Below, piece after piece: positions 34,201-44,379 of a DNA stretch of 64,000 nucleotides (its first letter is position 1; each line of letters begins with the position of its first letter). Location of the stretch: contig OX597820.1 in the NCBI GenBank assembly GCA_951406725.2, positions 30,938,001 through 31,002,000 of the forward strand. Reading direction: 5' to 3'. A program made the translations under genes and the position numbers. The notes beneath the pieces are model-generated. The model was given only the letters and a program-made list of their open reading frames with translations. It was not told where the DNA came from and ran no database searches. This DNA is from Octopus vulgaris. Taxonomy: Eukaryota.

Positions 34201-35728
34201 AGTTTTATTGAGAAATACACTTGGCTACAAACCAAAGAGATATAGGAGTGAGGTTCAAATCTCACTCACCTGATAACTTTTTTTTTTATTTGTCTTTCTT
34301 GTAATATTCTCCTCCATTTTCATATTTACATTTAATACATGCAAATTTATTCATTTTCCTTTTCTGTTTCAGAAAAAACTTCCAAAGGGATATGATAATT
34401 GTCCGTTTTATTTCTGGTTTCACACATCATTCATTGAAGATCACAGGTAAATGTGTGTGTGTGTGTGTTTGTGTCCTCTTTGTCTTTGTTCAGGCACTAT
34501 GCAAAAATAAGGTCACCATTCAAATAATCTGTCACTGTTTACATTCTGCTACAAAAAAAACATATTCCTGACATTGGGCTGTTCAACAGTTGAAGGACTC
34601 ACAGAAACATTTACTTACTTGGAAACAAGTGAAGGTTGGTGACAGGAAGAGTATCTGACCATCTGCCAGGTTTTTCTGACATCACTGACTGTTTAGCCAG
34701 TGCTAAGTTATATCAGTTCGGCTGATTTTCAGTCAGATATTTGGCATTTGTCTGGCTGTCACTGATAATCTGTAATACGGTGAAATCATGCCAGTGCTGA
34801 CAACATACTGTCAACCAATGTTGTCAGTGCTTTTAACCCTTTCGTTACCAACCTGGCTGAAACCGGCTCTGGCTCTGAGTACAAATGTTTTGTTTTCATA
34901 AGTTCTGAATTAAAATCTTCCACTAAACCTTAGTCACAATTTATGTTCCTGACACTAGCTGAATGATACCTAAGTTGTTTTACTAAATTCTTTATTATAT
35001 TTAAAGTAATTGAAAGAAACACAGAGCATCTCAAAATAAATACAGTAATGAAAGGGTTAAATATTTGTTGCCTTCAAGAGATGATTTCTTGGATATTTAC
35101 CGCAGTCCTAGGTGTTATGAACAATGCACCAAATTATAATAATAATGAAATTATTGTATACAGTGCTCAGGTGCTCCACAACTTGTCAAAAGTGCGTATA
35201 AAGCATATGCAGTAATGTACAAATGTCTGGGAAGTGAACAGTGTATGAGTCAGATACATGCTTGCGCGTGTATGGAGAGGAGAAAATCAGGTGTAGTGTT
35301 GGCAAATCTCAGAAAGCATGGAAGTTTTGAAGGATGCAGTGCTCCGACAACTAACAACTGATGCCGACAGTTTGTTCCATACTTCAGCAACTCTTAGCAT
35401 GAAAAAATGTTTCTGAAAGTCATGGGAGCTGTGCTGTTTTCTGTCTTTGTAAACATGTCCACAGGTGTTAGACAGGTGGAGTTTGAAAAGGTGCTCAGAG
35501 TTGTTGGATGTGCTAATTAATTCTACCTCAGTATGTTTCATGTGATAGTTGCTAGCAAGAAAATATGGATGTTCAAAATGATGATCAACTGCATGTCACT
35601 ACCTTTCTTTCTTTTCCAGTTTATATTTGTCTCGAGATGAAATTGATAACCCACACAAACCAAAATTATGGAATATTTACAGAGAGAATTTTGCTATTAT
35701 AGCTTCATTTGAAGACGTTAAGGATTGA
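6319..35728 (+). CDS. TPTE2: Voltage-sensing phosphoinositide phosphatase (VSP, TPTE/TPTE2 family), 14 coding exons, about 562 aa
   Basis: Hand-joined exons 6319-6569, 9186-9389, 10646-10789, 11895-12061, 18855-18919, 21008-21068, 21900-21981, 24247-24397, 25971-26051, 30090-30195, 32045-32142, 32888-32983, 34373-34446, 35620-35728. All introns are GT-AG with matching phases, giving 1689 nt with no internal stop. Motifs: S4 [42 protein letters not shown]2 domain FYFWFHTSF. Confidence 0.95.
6588..6670. repeat. (CT)n microsatellite
   Basis: Seen directly. Confidence 0.95.
8259..9155 (+). mobile_element. Four head-to-tail copies of SINE family B
   Basis: Repeated GAGCTGGCAGAA...GAGTTCAAATTCC...GCCTTTCATCCTTTCGGGGTCGATAAATTAAGTACCAG units starting at about 8259, 8493, 8711 and 8930. 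Confidence 0.85.
9186..9389 (+). CDS. TPTE2: VSP exon 2 (S0-S1-S2 of the voltage sensor)
   Basis: aacag acceptor; [34 protein letters not shown]...[14 protein letters not shown]; donor GTTTGT at 9390. Confidence 0.92.
9745..10143 (-). mobile_element. SINE family A, full length
   Basis: Tail TCTTTTACTTGTTTCAGTCAT through to the tRNA-like head. Confidence 0.85.
10146..10417. mobile_element. Palindromic Penelope-derived element with minimal hammerhead motifs
   Basis: Inverted arms of about 105-125 bp, each carrying CTGATGA-stem-GAAAC. Confidence 0.7.
10646..10789 (+). CDS. TPTE2: VSP exon 3 (S3 and S3-S4 loop)
   Basis: Polypyrimidine tract plus aag acceptor; [26 protein letters not shown]...DHHSYIK; donor GTATGT at 10790. 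Confidence 0.9.
10857..11746. mobile_element. Second inverted-repeat, probably Penelope-derived element, interrupted by a SINE A copy (11117-11508, minus strand)
   Basis: 10857-10912 is the reverse complement of 11690-11746; internal GAGTCTGATGAG...GAAACCAxTGGTCACTC motifs. Confidence 0.6.
11895..12061 (+). CDS. TPTE2: VSP exon 4 (S4 and phosphoinositide-binding linker)
   Basis: [55 protein letters not shown], with Arg at every third residue; donor GTAATG at 12062. Confidence 0.95.
13130..13410 (+). mobile_element. RTE LINE 3'UTR fragment with (GAT)n tail
   Basis: Matches 60900-61140; ends GCATGGAAAATGGACATTAAACGATGATGAT. Confidence 0.8.
13610..14400 (+). mobile_element. Degraded Penelope-like element ORF remnant
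   Basis: [29 protein letters not shown]...[11 protein letters not shown] resembles the Penelope IIWFNPPF...TNI...FP...KIFNR...SY segment. The downstream extent is uncertain. Confidence 0.55.
15333..15985 (-). mobile_element. Young RTE 3'UTR copy with an expanded about 60-bp minisatellite
   Basis: (CAT)n tail, then about 8 alternating CpG-rich units containing GGTGCTTTTACGTG(C/T)CACCG(G/A)CACGGGG. Confidence 0.85.
16440..16792 (-). mobile_element. SINE family A
   Basis: Reverse complement of 23737-24145, with a truncated head. Confidence 0.85.
17113..17345 (+). mobile_element. SINE family B, near-intact
   Basis: AAGGCGGCGAGCTGGCAG...CCCCTTCTGGGCAGTAAAGAAATA with CpGs retained. Confidence 0.88.
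18335..18600 (-). mobile_element. RTE LINE C-terminal fragment with simple-repeat tail
   Basis: Minus strand RRKWR*IGHTLRK...QALDWN...GKR*RG..KQTW...[21 protein letters not shown]. Confidence 0.75.
18855..18919 (+). CDS. TPTE2: VSP exon 5
   Basis: ttag acceptor; [22 protein letters not shown] (PTEN/VSP IAMxFP...YRN motif); donor GTAAGT. Confidence 0.93.
20513..20736 (-). mobile_element. SINE family B
   Basis: Reverse complement of 17113-17345. Further copies at 22125-22360 (-), 47923-48135 (+), 49523-49753 (+) and a tandem run at 56125-56955 (+). Confidence 0.88.
21008..21068 (+). CDS. TPTE2: VSP exon 6
   Basis: [20 protein letters not shown]; ccag acceptor and GTAAGT donor. Confidence 0.93.
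21152..21229. repeat. (AAT/AAC)n microsatellite
   Basis: Seen directly. Confidence 0.95.
21900..21981 (+). CDS. TPTE2: VSP exon 7 (WPD-equivalent loop)
   Basis: [28 protein letters not shown]; tttcag acceptor and GTAAGT donor. Confidence 0.93.
23140..23365 (+). mobile_element. CRE-like non-LTR retrotransposon endonuclease C-terminal remnant
   Basis: With frameshifts reads [57 protein letters not shown], matching the P.AVET.G...LFQR.S.A..RGNA pattern. Confidence 0.65.
23737..24145 (+). mobile_element. SINE family A, full-length reference copy
   Basis: tRNA-like A box TGGCTGTGTGG and B box GGTTCAGTCCC, central body, internal (TA/TG)n and a LINE-derived tail ending GTAAAAGAGAGTAAGAGT. Confidence 0.9.
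24247..24397 (+). CDS. TPTE2: VSP exon 8 (catalytic P-loop)
   Basis: [50 protein letters not shown]; HCKGGKGR at 24317-24340. Confidence 0.96.
25140..25500 (-). mobile_element. Unclassified retroposon 3' end with a (TTA)n tail
   Basis: Higher-complexity block ending abruptly in a trinucleotide tail at 25140-25160; no protein motif recognised. Confidence 0.35.
25971..26051 (+). CDS. TPTE2: VSP exon 9 (gating/TI loop)
   Basis: [27 protein letters not shown]; tctcag acceptor and GTTAGT donor, phase 0-0. Confidence 0.93.
26163..26560 (+). mobile_element. Helitron-like non-autonomous element; a second copy is split at 31288-31437 and 31800-32005
   Basis: Starts TC...TATAAAA followed by (CTGT/GT)n and CCGATT...AAA(T/C)TTG; near-identical second copy in the window. 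Confidence 0.55.
26636..26930 (-). mobile_element. RTE (BovB-like) LINE C-terminus with zinc finger
   Basis: ...[25 protein letters not shown] on the minus strand. Confidence 0.7.
27065..27454 (+). mobile_element. Non-autonomous Helitron
   Basis: 5' TC...TATATATAAA, subterminal GC-rich hairpin CCTGAGCAACGCCGGG, 3' CTAG, inserted between A and T. Confidence 0.8.
27843..28140. repeat. Long imperfect inverted repeat (arms about 130 bp)
   Basis: AACAATTTCAGCATGGAAGATG... pairs with ...CATCTTCCATGCTGCAATTGTT. Confidence 0.85.
28276..28885 (-). mobile_element. RTE LINE 3'UTR copy
   Basis: Colinear reverse complement of 60660-61140. Confidence 0.85.
29434..29954. mobile_element. pogo/Tigger-type MITE
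   Basis: TIRs (T/C)CGTAAATCCTC(A/G)AGTATA... at both ends, flanked by TA. Confidence 0.8.
30090..30195 (+). CDS. TPTE2: VSP exon 10 (end of phosphatase, start of C2)
   Basis: [35 protein letters not shown]; tacag acceptor and GTATGT donor. Confidence 0.92.
30555..30762 (+). mobile_element. SINE family A, 3' half
   Basis: Matches 23940-24140. Confidence 0.85.
32045..32142 (+). CDS. TPTE2: VSP exon 11 (C2 domain)
   Basis: [33 protein letters not shown] (VSP-type GVGxGDGSDL); ctag acceptor and GTGAGT donor. Confidence 0.92.
32390..32755 (-). mobile_element. CR1-group LINE 3' end; copies at 35140-35500 and 31460-31600
   Basis: Minus strand [28 protein letters not shown] (CR1-type FF..RV...WN.LP), with a (TTA)n tail. 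Confidence 0.75.
32888..32983 (+). CDS. TPTE2: VSP exon 12 (C2 domain)
   Basis: [32 protein letters not shown] (PTEN-like P.L..DIKV.F); acag acceptor and GTAAGT donor. Confidence 0.9.
33590..33880 (+). mobile_element. RTE reverse transcriptase N-terminal fragment
   Basis: [17 protein letters not shown]...NYRGIKLL...[24 protein letters not shown]. Confidence 0.85.
34373..34446 (+). CDS. TPTE2: VSP exon 13 (C2 domain, CBR3-like loop)
   Basis: [24 protein letters not shown]; tttcag acceptor and GTAAAT donor. Confidence 0.93.
34833..35060. mobile_element. piggyBac-type MITE (opposite orientation to 5698-5926)
   Basis: TTAACCCTTTCGTTAC...GTAATGAAAGGGTTAA. Confidence 0.85.
35140..35500 (-). mobile_element. 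CR1-group LINE 3' end
   Basis: ORF 35287-35541 [19 protein letters not shown]; near-identical to 32390-32755. Confidence 0.78.
35620..35728 (+). CDS. TPTE2: VSP exon 14 (C-terminus and stop codon)
   Basis: [36 protein letters not shown]; TGA at 35726-35728. Confidence 0.93.
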
Positions 35729-36640
35729 GGTAAGTCGTTATTCAGCTAATCAATCAGGTCTTCTTTTTTCCTTATTCCTTCTTTTATCCTCTTCTTCCTG
35801 CTCTCGTCTTTTTACTTCTTCTTGCTTTCCTCCTCATTCTATCTTTTTATTTTTCATTTTTTACATAAGTATGGTGTGGATGGAAGAATTGGTAGGTTAT
35901 TAGTAAAAATGCTTTGTGGTATTTAGTTACATCTTATATCTATGTCCAGATTTCATTTTAGTGGATAAAATAAGTAAGCCAAGTATTGGGGTTGATGAAA
36001 CTGACTTGCTCTCTCCCTCTAAGATTGCTAGCCTTGTGCCAAAATTAGAAACCATTAAAGGTAGCAAGCTGGAAAAATTATTAGCACATTAGACAAAATG
36101 CCTAACACTATTTCTTCTGACTCATTATGTTCTGAGTTCAAATTCTGCTGAGTCAACACAGCTTCAGTAATGGACAGTCAACGACTATTGAAGAGGTTGC
36201 AAGACGCAATGAAAATTTTAGAAAAAAATAAGTAAATGAGTGGAAATTGAACCAGTGTGTATCATCATCATCATCATTTAACGTCCGCTTTCCATGCTGG
36301 CATGGGTTGGATGGTTCAACTGGGGTCTGGGAAGCCAGAAGGCTGCACCAGGCCCAGTTTGATCTGGCAGTGTTTCTACAGCTGGATGCCCTTCCTAACG
36401 CCAACCACTCCGTGAGTGAAGTAATAAGGCTCTGAAGGAGACTGACTCTCCCCAAACACAATAAAATGGGTTAAATGGTTTGACTAGAACTGATAAGTCG
36501 GAGAGCTGCACCAAATTCCAGTCTGATTTGGCATGGTTTCTATAGCTACATGCCCTTCCTAACACCAACCATGCCAAGAGTGTAATGGGTGCTTTTTACT
36601 TGCCAGTAGCACGGGTGCCAGTTACGTGACACCACAGATG

Positions 36641-36869
36641 TTAACCCTTTCGTTACTGTATTTATTTTGAGATGCTCAGTGTTTCTTTCAATTACTTTAA
36701 ATATAACAAAGAATTTAGTAAAATAACTTAGTTATCATTCAGCTAGTGTTAAGAACATAAATTGTGACTAAGGTTTGGTGGAAAGTTTTAATTAAAACCT
36801 TATGAAAACAAGACATTTGTACAACAGAGCCAGAGCTGGTTTCAGCCGGGTTGGTAACAAAAGGGTTAA
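36641..36869. mobile_element. piggyBac-type MITE
   Basis: TTAA-flanked, same family as 5698-5926. Confidence 0.85.
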
Positions 36870-38076
36870 AGGATAATGAGGTTTTGTGTAAAGTTTATGC
36901 TGTGAATGTGTTGTGTTATATTGTTTAAACTTGGTGCAGCAATGCATTGTTGAGTGCAGAGAGCAAGATGAGGTAAGACAGACATCTCGGTCATCTTTTG
37001 CATCAAATCTTCATCCCCCTGCTCTCTTGACCTGGTTTTGTCTTACCACTGGATTGAAGACTGTTACAGTGCACAACTCCAGTCACAGCACAAGTCATCA
37101 GGGATGGCATCTTTGTTGCTCCGATGGATGAACATGTTTACTGTTGATTCTATGTAGTTTGTATTTTATTTTCATTGGATGATAAATTGTATAGGAGATG
37201 TCATGTGCTGAGAGTTTATTCTAAGTCTTAATTATTAAAAAAAAATTTTTTTTCCCTTCTTTGTTAGTTGAACGAACATTCCAGATGAAACCGAAGTTGT
37301 TAAATGAACAAACAACCATAAAACAAAACCAAGACCATCCCGTTTTCGCTATTCATTGAAGTATGTATCTGCTGTCATGTTATGACTCGGAACGTCCCCC
37401 CACTCCCCCTAACAACAACAACCTTGTCTAAGCCTCATTTACGAGTCATTTAGTGAAATGCCTTGCTATCATGGAATGGTGAAGGGTTGTATCCAATGAA
37501 GTTTATTCCCTCCTACCACAACATTTTTATCATGCAAAACATGAAACATTTATCAAGAACTGTTACGCCAATGAAATATTGAAATTTTGATCACCCGTGG
37601 TTAATCATTTCCCTTTCTTCATAAAGACTGTGCCAAACTCAACAGGTGGGGGGTGGGGATTCTGTAAAATAACACCATTTAAATTAAACTTAGTATACAT
37701 AAAACTTCGTACTTGATGTGGTGGTGATATTACGACAATCATAACCTGCTCTCCTGTTTTCTAGAAAATCTTATACTCAATTCATTTCAAACGTGTATGA
37801 AATTTGAAAATCATTTCAGTTATAACAAATTTCAGCCATATTCAAACAGATATCATTGTGTGGAAACAGTAAACTCTAAAACCTTGTAACATTTAATCTG
37901 CCTAATTTAGTTATTCAGAGAAAGATTTTAATTCAATGTACCAAAATTAACAGGTTTTATGAAAATGCTCCAACTCTGCCTTCCTCTACATTGAACCACT
38001 CAAATTATATATCGTTAGGTATTTAATTAACATTCCTAACCTTTCACTTTGCTCGTATTCAGGGAAACCTTTAGAC

Positions 38077-38319
38077 CAATGGTTCAAAACCATTTTTTGC
38101 CTATGGGCCTCTTTGATTCCTGTTTTACTCAGGTTTGTGGCATGAAGGTGGGACCTTCATAGCCATTTGATGTCAAAAAAATGTTTTTGATTAAATATTA
38201 TTAAGAATTGTAGAAAAAATGTTTAAATATTATAATTACCCATAAAATTTATATACCAAAATCTTATATGAACCTCGTCCCCAGGGCCATGCCCTCCCCC
38301 CTACCATTGAGAACCACTG
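38077..38319. mobile_element. hAT-type MITE
   Basis: TIRs CAATGGTTC.../...GAGAACCACTG; 8-bp TSD CTTTAGAC/CTTTAGAT; related to 1215-1449. Confidence 0.75.
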
Positions 38320-39674
38320 CTTTAGATGATGCTAAGCTATCAGTTTAATTGTATAGGGAGGAATAGCTAACCCACTAATTGTGGTAGGTGTTAGTTAACC
38401 CTTAATGTGTGGCATCAATCTAACTACTCTAAAGGACTCATTGAAACCGTGTTAAGCTTTCATTTCAAATGTGTTAGAAAAAATACTTAAGACCATTAAG
38501 TTATCAATCTTTCCTATGACAAGTTAATCTAGATAACCATACTGGGATATTCCTTTTGTCTAAGATATTTGTTTAGTTATACTAGGAATAGGTTAACCCT
38601 CTTAAGCTATCGATTTATTTTCACTTGGAAATATATACATCTACCAAAACTAAGTGTCCTATGGAATTATCTAAAGAAATAGTGAAATTTGTTGATGTAG
38701 TTATTTAACAGAAAATATTGGCCCTTCTCTTCAGCATGGATTTCTTTATTTTTTAAGCTCATCTCTAATATTTTTTGTACTTTTTTTTTCAACCAAAAAC
38801 AAAAATGGGATGGGGGTAGAGAGAGGCTTTGGGTTTACATGTTTTCAATATCAGGGATTCACAATCTGCAAAAATTGTCTTTTAAAATCAGAAACTAATT
38901 GGAGGGTTAGAACAATGTATGCCTACAGTATTTTCTCCACCCCCATTTTTTTTTGTTGAATATATATAAATACATTTTGTTTGTATTTGGAGTGTATAAA
39001 ATGCATTTCATTTGTATCTAAAAGGAGCATTAGTTGTTTCACTTTCTGATATTTTAAATGTTTCCATTTCAATTTATTTACAAGGAAAATGTAAACAAAA
39101 TTCATACACACATTCAAAAAGTACAAGCATTAATCTCTCAACCATTACCAGCTTCTGATCTAAAAGAAAAAAATTATAGATTCTGAATGTCTGAACTAAA
39201 ATCCAAAACCATTTGAAAAATTTTTATTTTTGAAGGCATAATGAAAAATTTTGAATAAAAGTGGGTGTAAAAAAAAGTCCACACTTAAATGAATAAGTAC
39301 CAAAATATATAATGTGTGTCTTTGACTCTACTAGTGCTAATATTTCTAAGAAGTTTCAAATATGTTTTCACACTAGCTACCTACTCTCCCCTATTCTGTC
39401 TGCCTGCTTCTTTGGCTTTCTTAAATTTTTCTTACATAGGAACTCTTATGTAGACACATACAAATGTTTCTATTAATATTCAATTCAGATAAACTCTGTT
39501 TATAAGATAAATGGATATTATTTGTAAAGAAGTGTGTAATTCATAAGTATGGAAGCATCTATCTGCTGCAAATATAGGTTTGTTAAATATGGAAATTCTC
39601 AACTGCTAAAATAAATACAAATGCATAAAGAAACTTCTTTCTGAATAGTTTAAAATATATTACAAAATAGTCTT

Positions 39675-39764
39675 ATTATTTACAGTTGACAGATATTTGT
39701 CCTCGTCTTGTTTGTTGTTAACAACAAACAAGATGAGGAAAAATATCCGTCAAATGTAAATAAT
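39675..39764. repeat. 90-bp spacerless palindrome
   Basis: Arms of about 45 bp centred on GTTAAC at 39717-39722, with few mismatches. Confidence 0.9.
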
Positions 39765-42700
39765 GTACATAATTCCTCATCGCTTAAATATAGAACAGAA
39801 TTAGTCTTGTCTCTGGGATCTAGGTTCAAGTCTCACTGCACTTGATGTTTGCCAGTAATATACTGGAGGAACGAGTTAGTCCACACAAATTGGCCTTGTT
39901 GCACCACCTGTGCAGGAAATTATTATTTGTGTAAGTTCTTGGGGTGGGGATAATCTTTTCTGAAAGCAAACAAAATGGGTGAAACTTCTAGAAAGCTTAG
40001 ATTTCCAAATTTACAAACTGGCTTCAATCCTGAATGAAAGCTATAAATGTCATTTCACTTATTGAAAGGTATGAGTACCACTACATCATTATTTTCTCTC
40101 CTTAAAATTTAGGAATTTATACACCACTTAAAAATAAAATCTAATATTTATCAATAATCCCCGTCCCAAAAAATAAATAAAAAATGGAAATTAAATGCAA
40201 ATTTTTAAAAAAAACTTGCTATTTCATAAAACAGATTTTAACCAAATTTTTTAAGAAATGGAAGAATTTTTCAGAAATACAGAAATAAATGTTTTTTTTA
40301 AGAAAAATATATTTCAAAGTTTTATTTTGTGAAAAAAAAAGGAAAAAAAAACAGCTACGCCCCACCCTCATCTTGTTTCTCTTCCACCCACTTTTCCATT
40401 TACCATATCATTTATACTCCCTGCCCACCACCTCTGAGTTTTTTTGGTTTTCTTTTTATTCTACTGAAGAAAAAAAAGTTGTATTAAAAAACAAAAAGAT
40501 TAAAAAAAAATTTGAAGAAGAATTTGAAAATAATTCCAATTCTGAATTTGTTTAATATTTTTATCAAACAAATCTAATATTAGGGCAATCGGATAACATC
40601 TGTCGTAATTATATTTTGACTAGAGGTCCACTGGCCCCTTCTGTTTGTACTCTTGTTGTGATGTAATTAATCCCACAAAATAAAATCATTAGAAAAATAT
40701 TCAATCAACAATAAAAATTAAAGAAAAACGAGACAAAAAAATTTGTATATAATTGCAACATTGGTGTTCTTGTTATTATTCAAAATTGGTTCAAGATTCT
40801 TGTTTTCAAGATGGCAAAGGCTATTCATGCTTCCTCCTCCTTCAGGGACATCAACTCTTGGCCTGATGACTGAAATCAAGTAGATGCTTTTTCAACCATG
40901 TTTAACATTTTAGGAAGAAACCAAACTCTAGCTCTGAATGGAAAAGCTTGAGAACAATCCTCTAATCAACATGGGTAATCCTCCTCCCCACCACTCAGGC
41001 TGAAGATGTCCCTCCTGGTTCGTAAACATCATGGCTTCAATGGAAGACACTCAACCACCTGAGAATGCGATGATCAACATTGCTATGATCAGATAGGGTT
41101 ACAAGTGTAGTCCAGCCACCTGTGAATCACTGGCACTCCATCAGTTACAACAATGAGGGTTCCAGATTATCTGATCAATAGAACAGCCTGGTCAAGAAAT
41201 TAATGTGCAAGTGGTTGAACATTCCACAGACACGCATGCCCTTGATATAGTTCTTGGGGAGATTCAGCATGACACAATGCGACAAGGCTGACCCTTTGAA
41301 ATGCAGGTTCTGCTCATTTTTGCCAGCTGAGTTGACTAGAGCAACATGAAATAAAGTGTCTTGATCAGACATAACCACTGCCAGCAATTGAACTCATGAT
41401 CTTGTGATACTGAGCTGAATACTCTACAACCCAACTCCTGCAACACAAATGACTGTACAAAGTTCACTAAAAATGCAGAGAACTTTATAAAGGAATGGGG
41501 AATTGTTAAACAATGATTATATCTTAAAGAGTTAAGAAGATGAAATTGATTAGAGTGTGTGGGGGAAGTGTTGCATTGTTGTCATCATCATCATTTAGCA
41601 TCTGCTTTCCATGCTGGCATGGGTTGGATGGTTTGACTGAAGCTGGTAAGCTGCACCAGGTTCCAATCTGATTTGGCATGGTTTCTATGGCTGGATGCCC
41701 TTCCTTTATAGTCCCAAAAAATGATGAGCTTGTATAGATTTAATAGAACACAGGAAAAACGCTTTGCAGAATTTGTTCCAGCTATTTGCATTCTGATTTC
41801 AAATCTTGCTGAGGTCAGCTTTATCGAGAGGTAGGCCCTGAAACGGCACGCATTCTCTCCCGATGACCCCATACACTTGCTGGCTTCCGGTATGCAGAGT
41901 TCTTGACTGGTAGCACTTGCATGTGCAAGTTGTTTGCAAGACATCTAAATTAAACATTCTATGAAAATTTCATGTTAGTTTATATTCCAAACACCAGTTT
42001 TATAATGACAAAATTGTTAATAAATTCTTCATTATTTTGAGTATTAATTGAAGCAAAGGCAATATCTGTTAACAGAAATATGGTAATAAAAGGGTTAAAT
42101 AAAGTCCCTATCAATTACTTGAGGTCCGTTTTTATTGTTGGTTGCTTATCTGCCTTATGAGAGATGGAGGACTTCTAATACAGACTAAAAATTAATAAAA
42201 CAGCTGAATGTTGCCTGTGATATACAAGCATTTGGCTAGGAAAAGCTGTGTCACTTCTACCTATCAATACACAAATAGGAATTTACTACGTGCCTGAGAA
42301 CATAACGCGCCTGAACAAATACTTAAAGGTATATTTTTTCTGATGCTCTAATAAGTCTGTCATCTCACCAATTTAAATAATTGTATAAAATTTTGGCATA
42401 AGGCAGGTAATTTTAAAGGTGAGAAGTTTAGTCGATTACATAGACCCTTGTACTTGACTGGTACTTTATCAACCCTGGAAAGATGAAAAGTGAAGCTGAC
42501 CTCAGTAGGATTTGAACTCAGAACATAATTGGAAGAAATACCACTATGCATTTTGTCTGACACATTAAGAATTCTGCCAGCTTGCCACTGTCCATGAAAA
42601 ATTTTCCCCATGTATTGTTTTCTTGTTTTCTGAAACAAACAAACAAAAATAAAAGCCTTTTGCATATAAATAAGTCAGGAATACTAGGAACAGTGTTAGT

Positions 42701-42998
42701 AAAAATCATCTTAATTTGTAATTAACAAGAGCACTCAGACAACACAAAGCTCTGCCAAGGCAACACCAACATCCTCTCAACAATTAGTCAGAGATGATTT
42801 TTAAATCGAGAATATCTGAAATAAACTCAACTGCTCTCATAAACGAGAATACTAAAAATTAACCTGACTACTCCCAAAAATGAATTTAAAAAACAGGAAA
42901 AATAATCCAGAATCCTTGTCTGGTACTGGATCGATCCCAAAATCGAATCACTTCATACCAGTTTTGAAGACAAACATACATACGTGTGTGTGTGTGTG

Positions 42999-43039
<41 letters not shown>

Positions 43040-44136
43040 CAAGGTTCTTTCAGTTTCCGTCTACCAAATCCACTCACAAGGCTTTGATCAACCCGAAGCT
43101 ATAGTAGAAGACACTTGCCCAAGATGCCATGCAGTGGGACTGAACACGGAACCATGTGGTTGGTGAGCAAGCTATTTACCACACAGCCACTCCATATACA
43201 AACACACACTTGCATGACACACACATCTGCATGTATATATAAGTGTGTGTGTGTCTACACACACACACATACATCGATAAATGTATGCATTTACAAACAG
43301 GATAAAATTAAATATTTTGTACAAGAAGTAGAGTTAATAGTTTTTATAAAACTACATATTAATCAGTGTGTGTGTGTATATATATATATCTGTACACACA
43401 TGCATATATATGTGTGTGTGTACGTAAAAGAAAATTATGGCTTTTACTTTTTTAAGCAATATTATTTGATTATTTCATGATTTCAATAAAGAAAATATAT
43501 TTTCAGTCAACAGACAGAAATTTATTGAAATTGAATTTTTATTCAATTTCTCACTTGTTTCCTTTTCCTCTTCCAAAGCTTTCCTACATTTTTAAAAAAT
43601 GTATAGTTTTTTCTCTTTTTAATTTCTTTTTTTGTCAAGTCTGTGTTTTTAAATATATTTGCAGATTGTGTACATCAGATTATTTATTCAGCTCAGCAGC
43701 TGTTTACAATATCAGTGAATGTATTATTCATTGCTTCCCATCTTGAAGGTAACATATCTCATCTGGGCATGTGACTCACTGAACTTGGCAGGATCTGAGC
43801 TCAGAATGCAGAATGTATTTAATGGCCAGTTGTTCCAATGCTTGAAGCAGTGGAGAAGTCAAAGTTGAGCTTTGTGTGAGAAAAAACCCACAAATAGAGA
43901 GGTGAGAGTTGAACTAAAGACTGGAAAGTGTTTTAGTCTAGTGTAACCATTACAATATTCCTTAGTTAGGCACAGTGCTACAAATGTATGGAGAGGATGA
44001 ACAAAATATAGGTGTGTTTGTGCAAAGGTATTAGTAGTATCAAGTGAAATAAGCTCATAACTAAGATCCACCCTGCAGCCTTAGCTCTTGGAGTTTACCT
44101 TCGTTTATATGGTTTTAACCAGTTATAATAGTATTA

Positions 44137-44216
44137 TTGGGTTGTCCAGAAAGTTGTCCAAAATAAGTCAAAAGGTAACCTACTATAAATCAGCACAAAC
44201 TTTTCGGGCAACCCAA
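44137..44216. mobile_element. 80-bp mariner-type MITE
   Basis: TA-flanked TIRs TTGGGTTGTCCAGAAAGTT / AACTTTTCGGGCAACCCAA. Confidence 0.75.
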
Positions 44217-44379
44217 TAGTAATTTTTCTGAGACACAGACAAACCTCAATTAAAGAAGGGGAAAATGGAAAGCTGTGAAGCTCACAGGAGGTGTAATCTG
44301 AGACTTATTTTGCTGTGATGAACAGAAACACCATATCTACATGTCCATAATGTTCAATCAATTATGGTGTATACGGAGA

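Larger units (their letters stand above)
37268..40760 (+). other. Putative terminal 3'UTR exon of VSP
   Basis: Strong polypyrimidine acceptor ending ttgttag at 37267, pairing with the donor GTAAGT at 35730. The following 3.5 kb is unusually poor in SINEs and microsatellites. AATAAA occurs at about 40133, 40172 and 40710, the last followed by a GT-rich tract. The end point is approximate. Confidence 0.5.
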
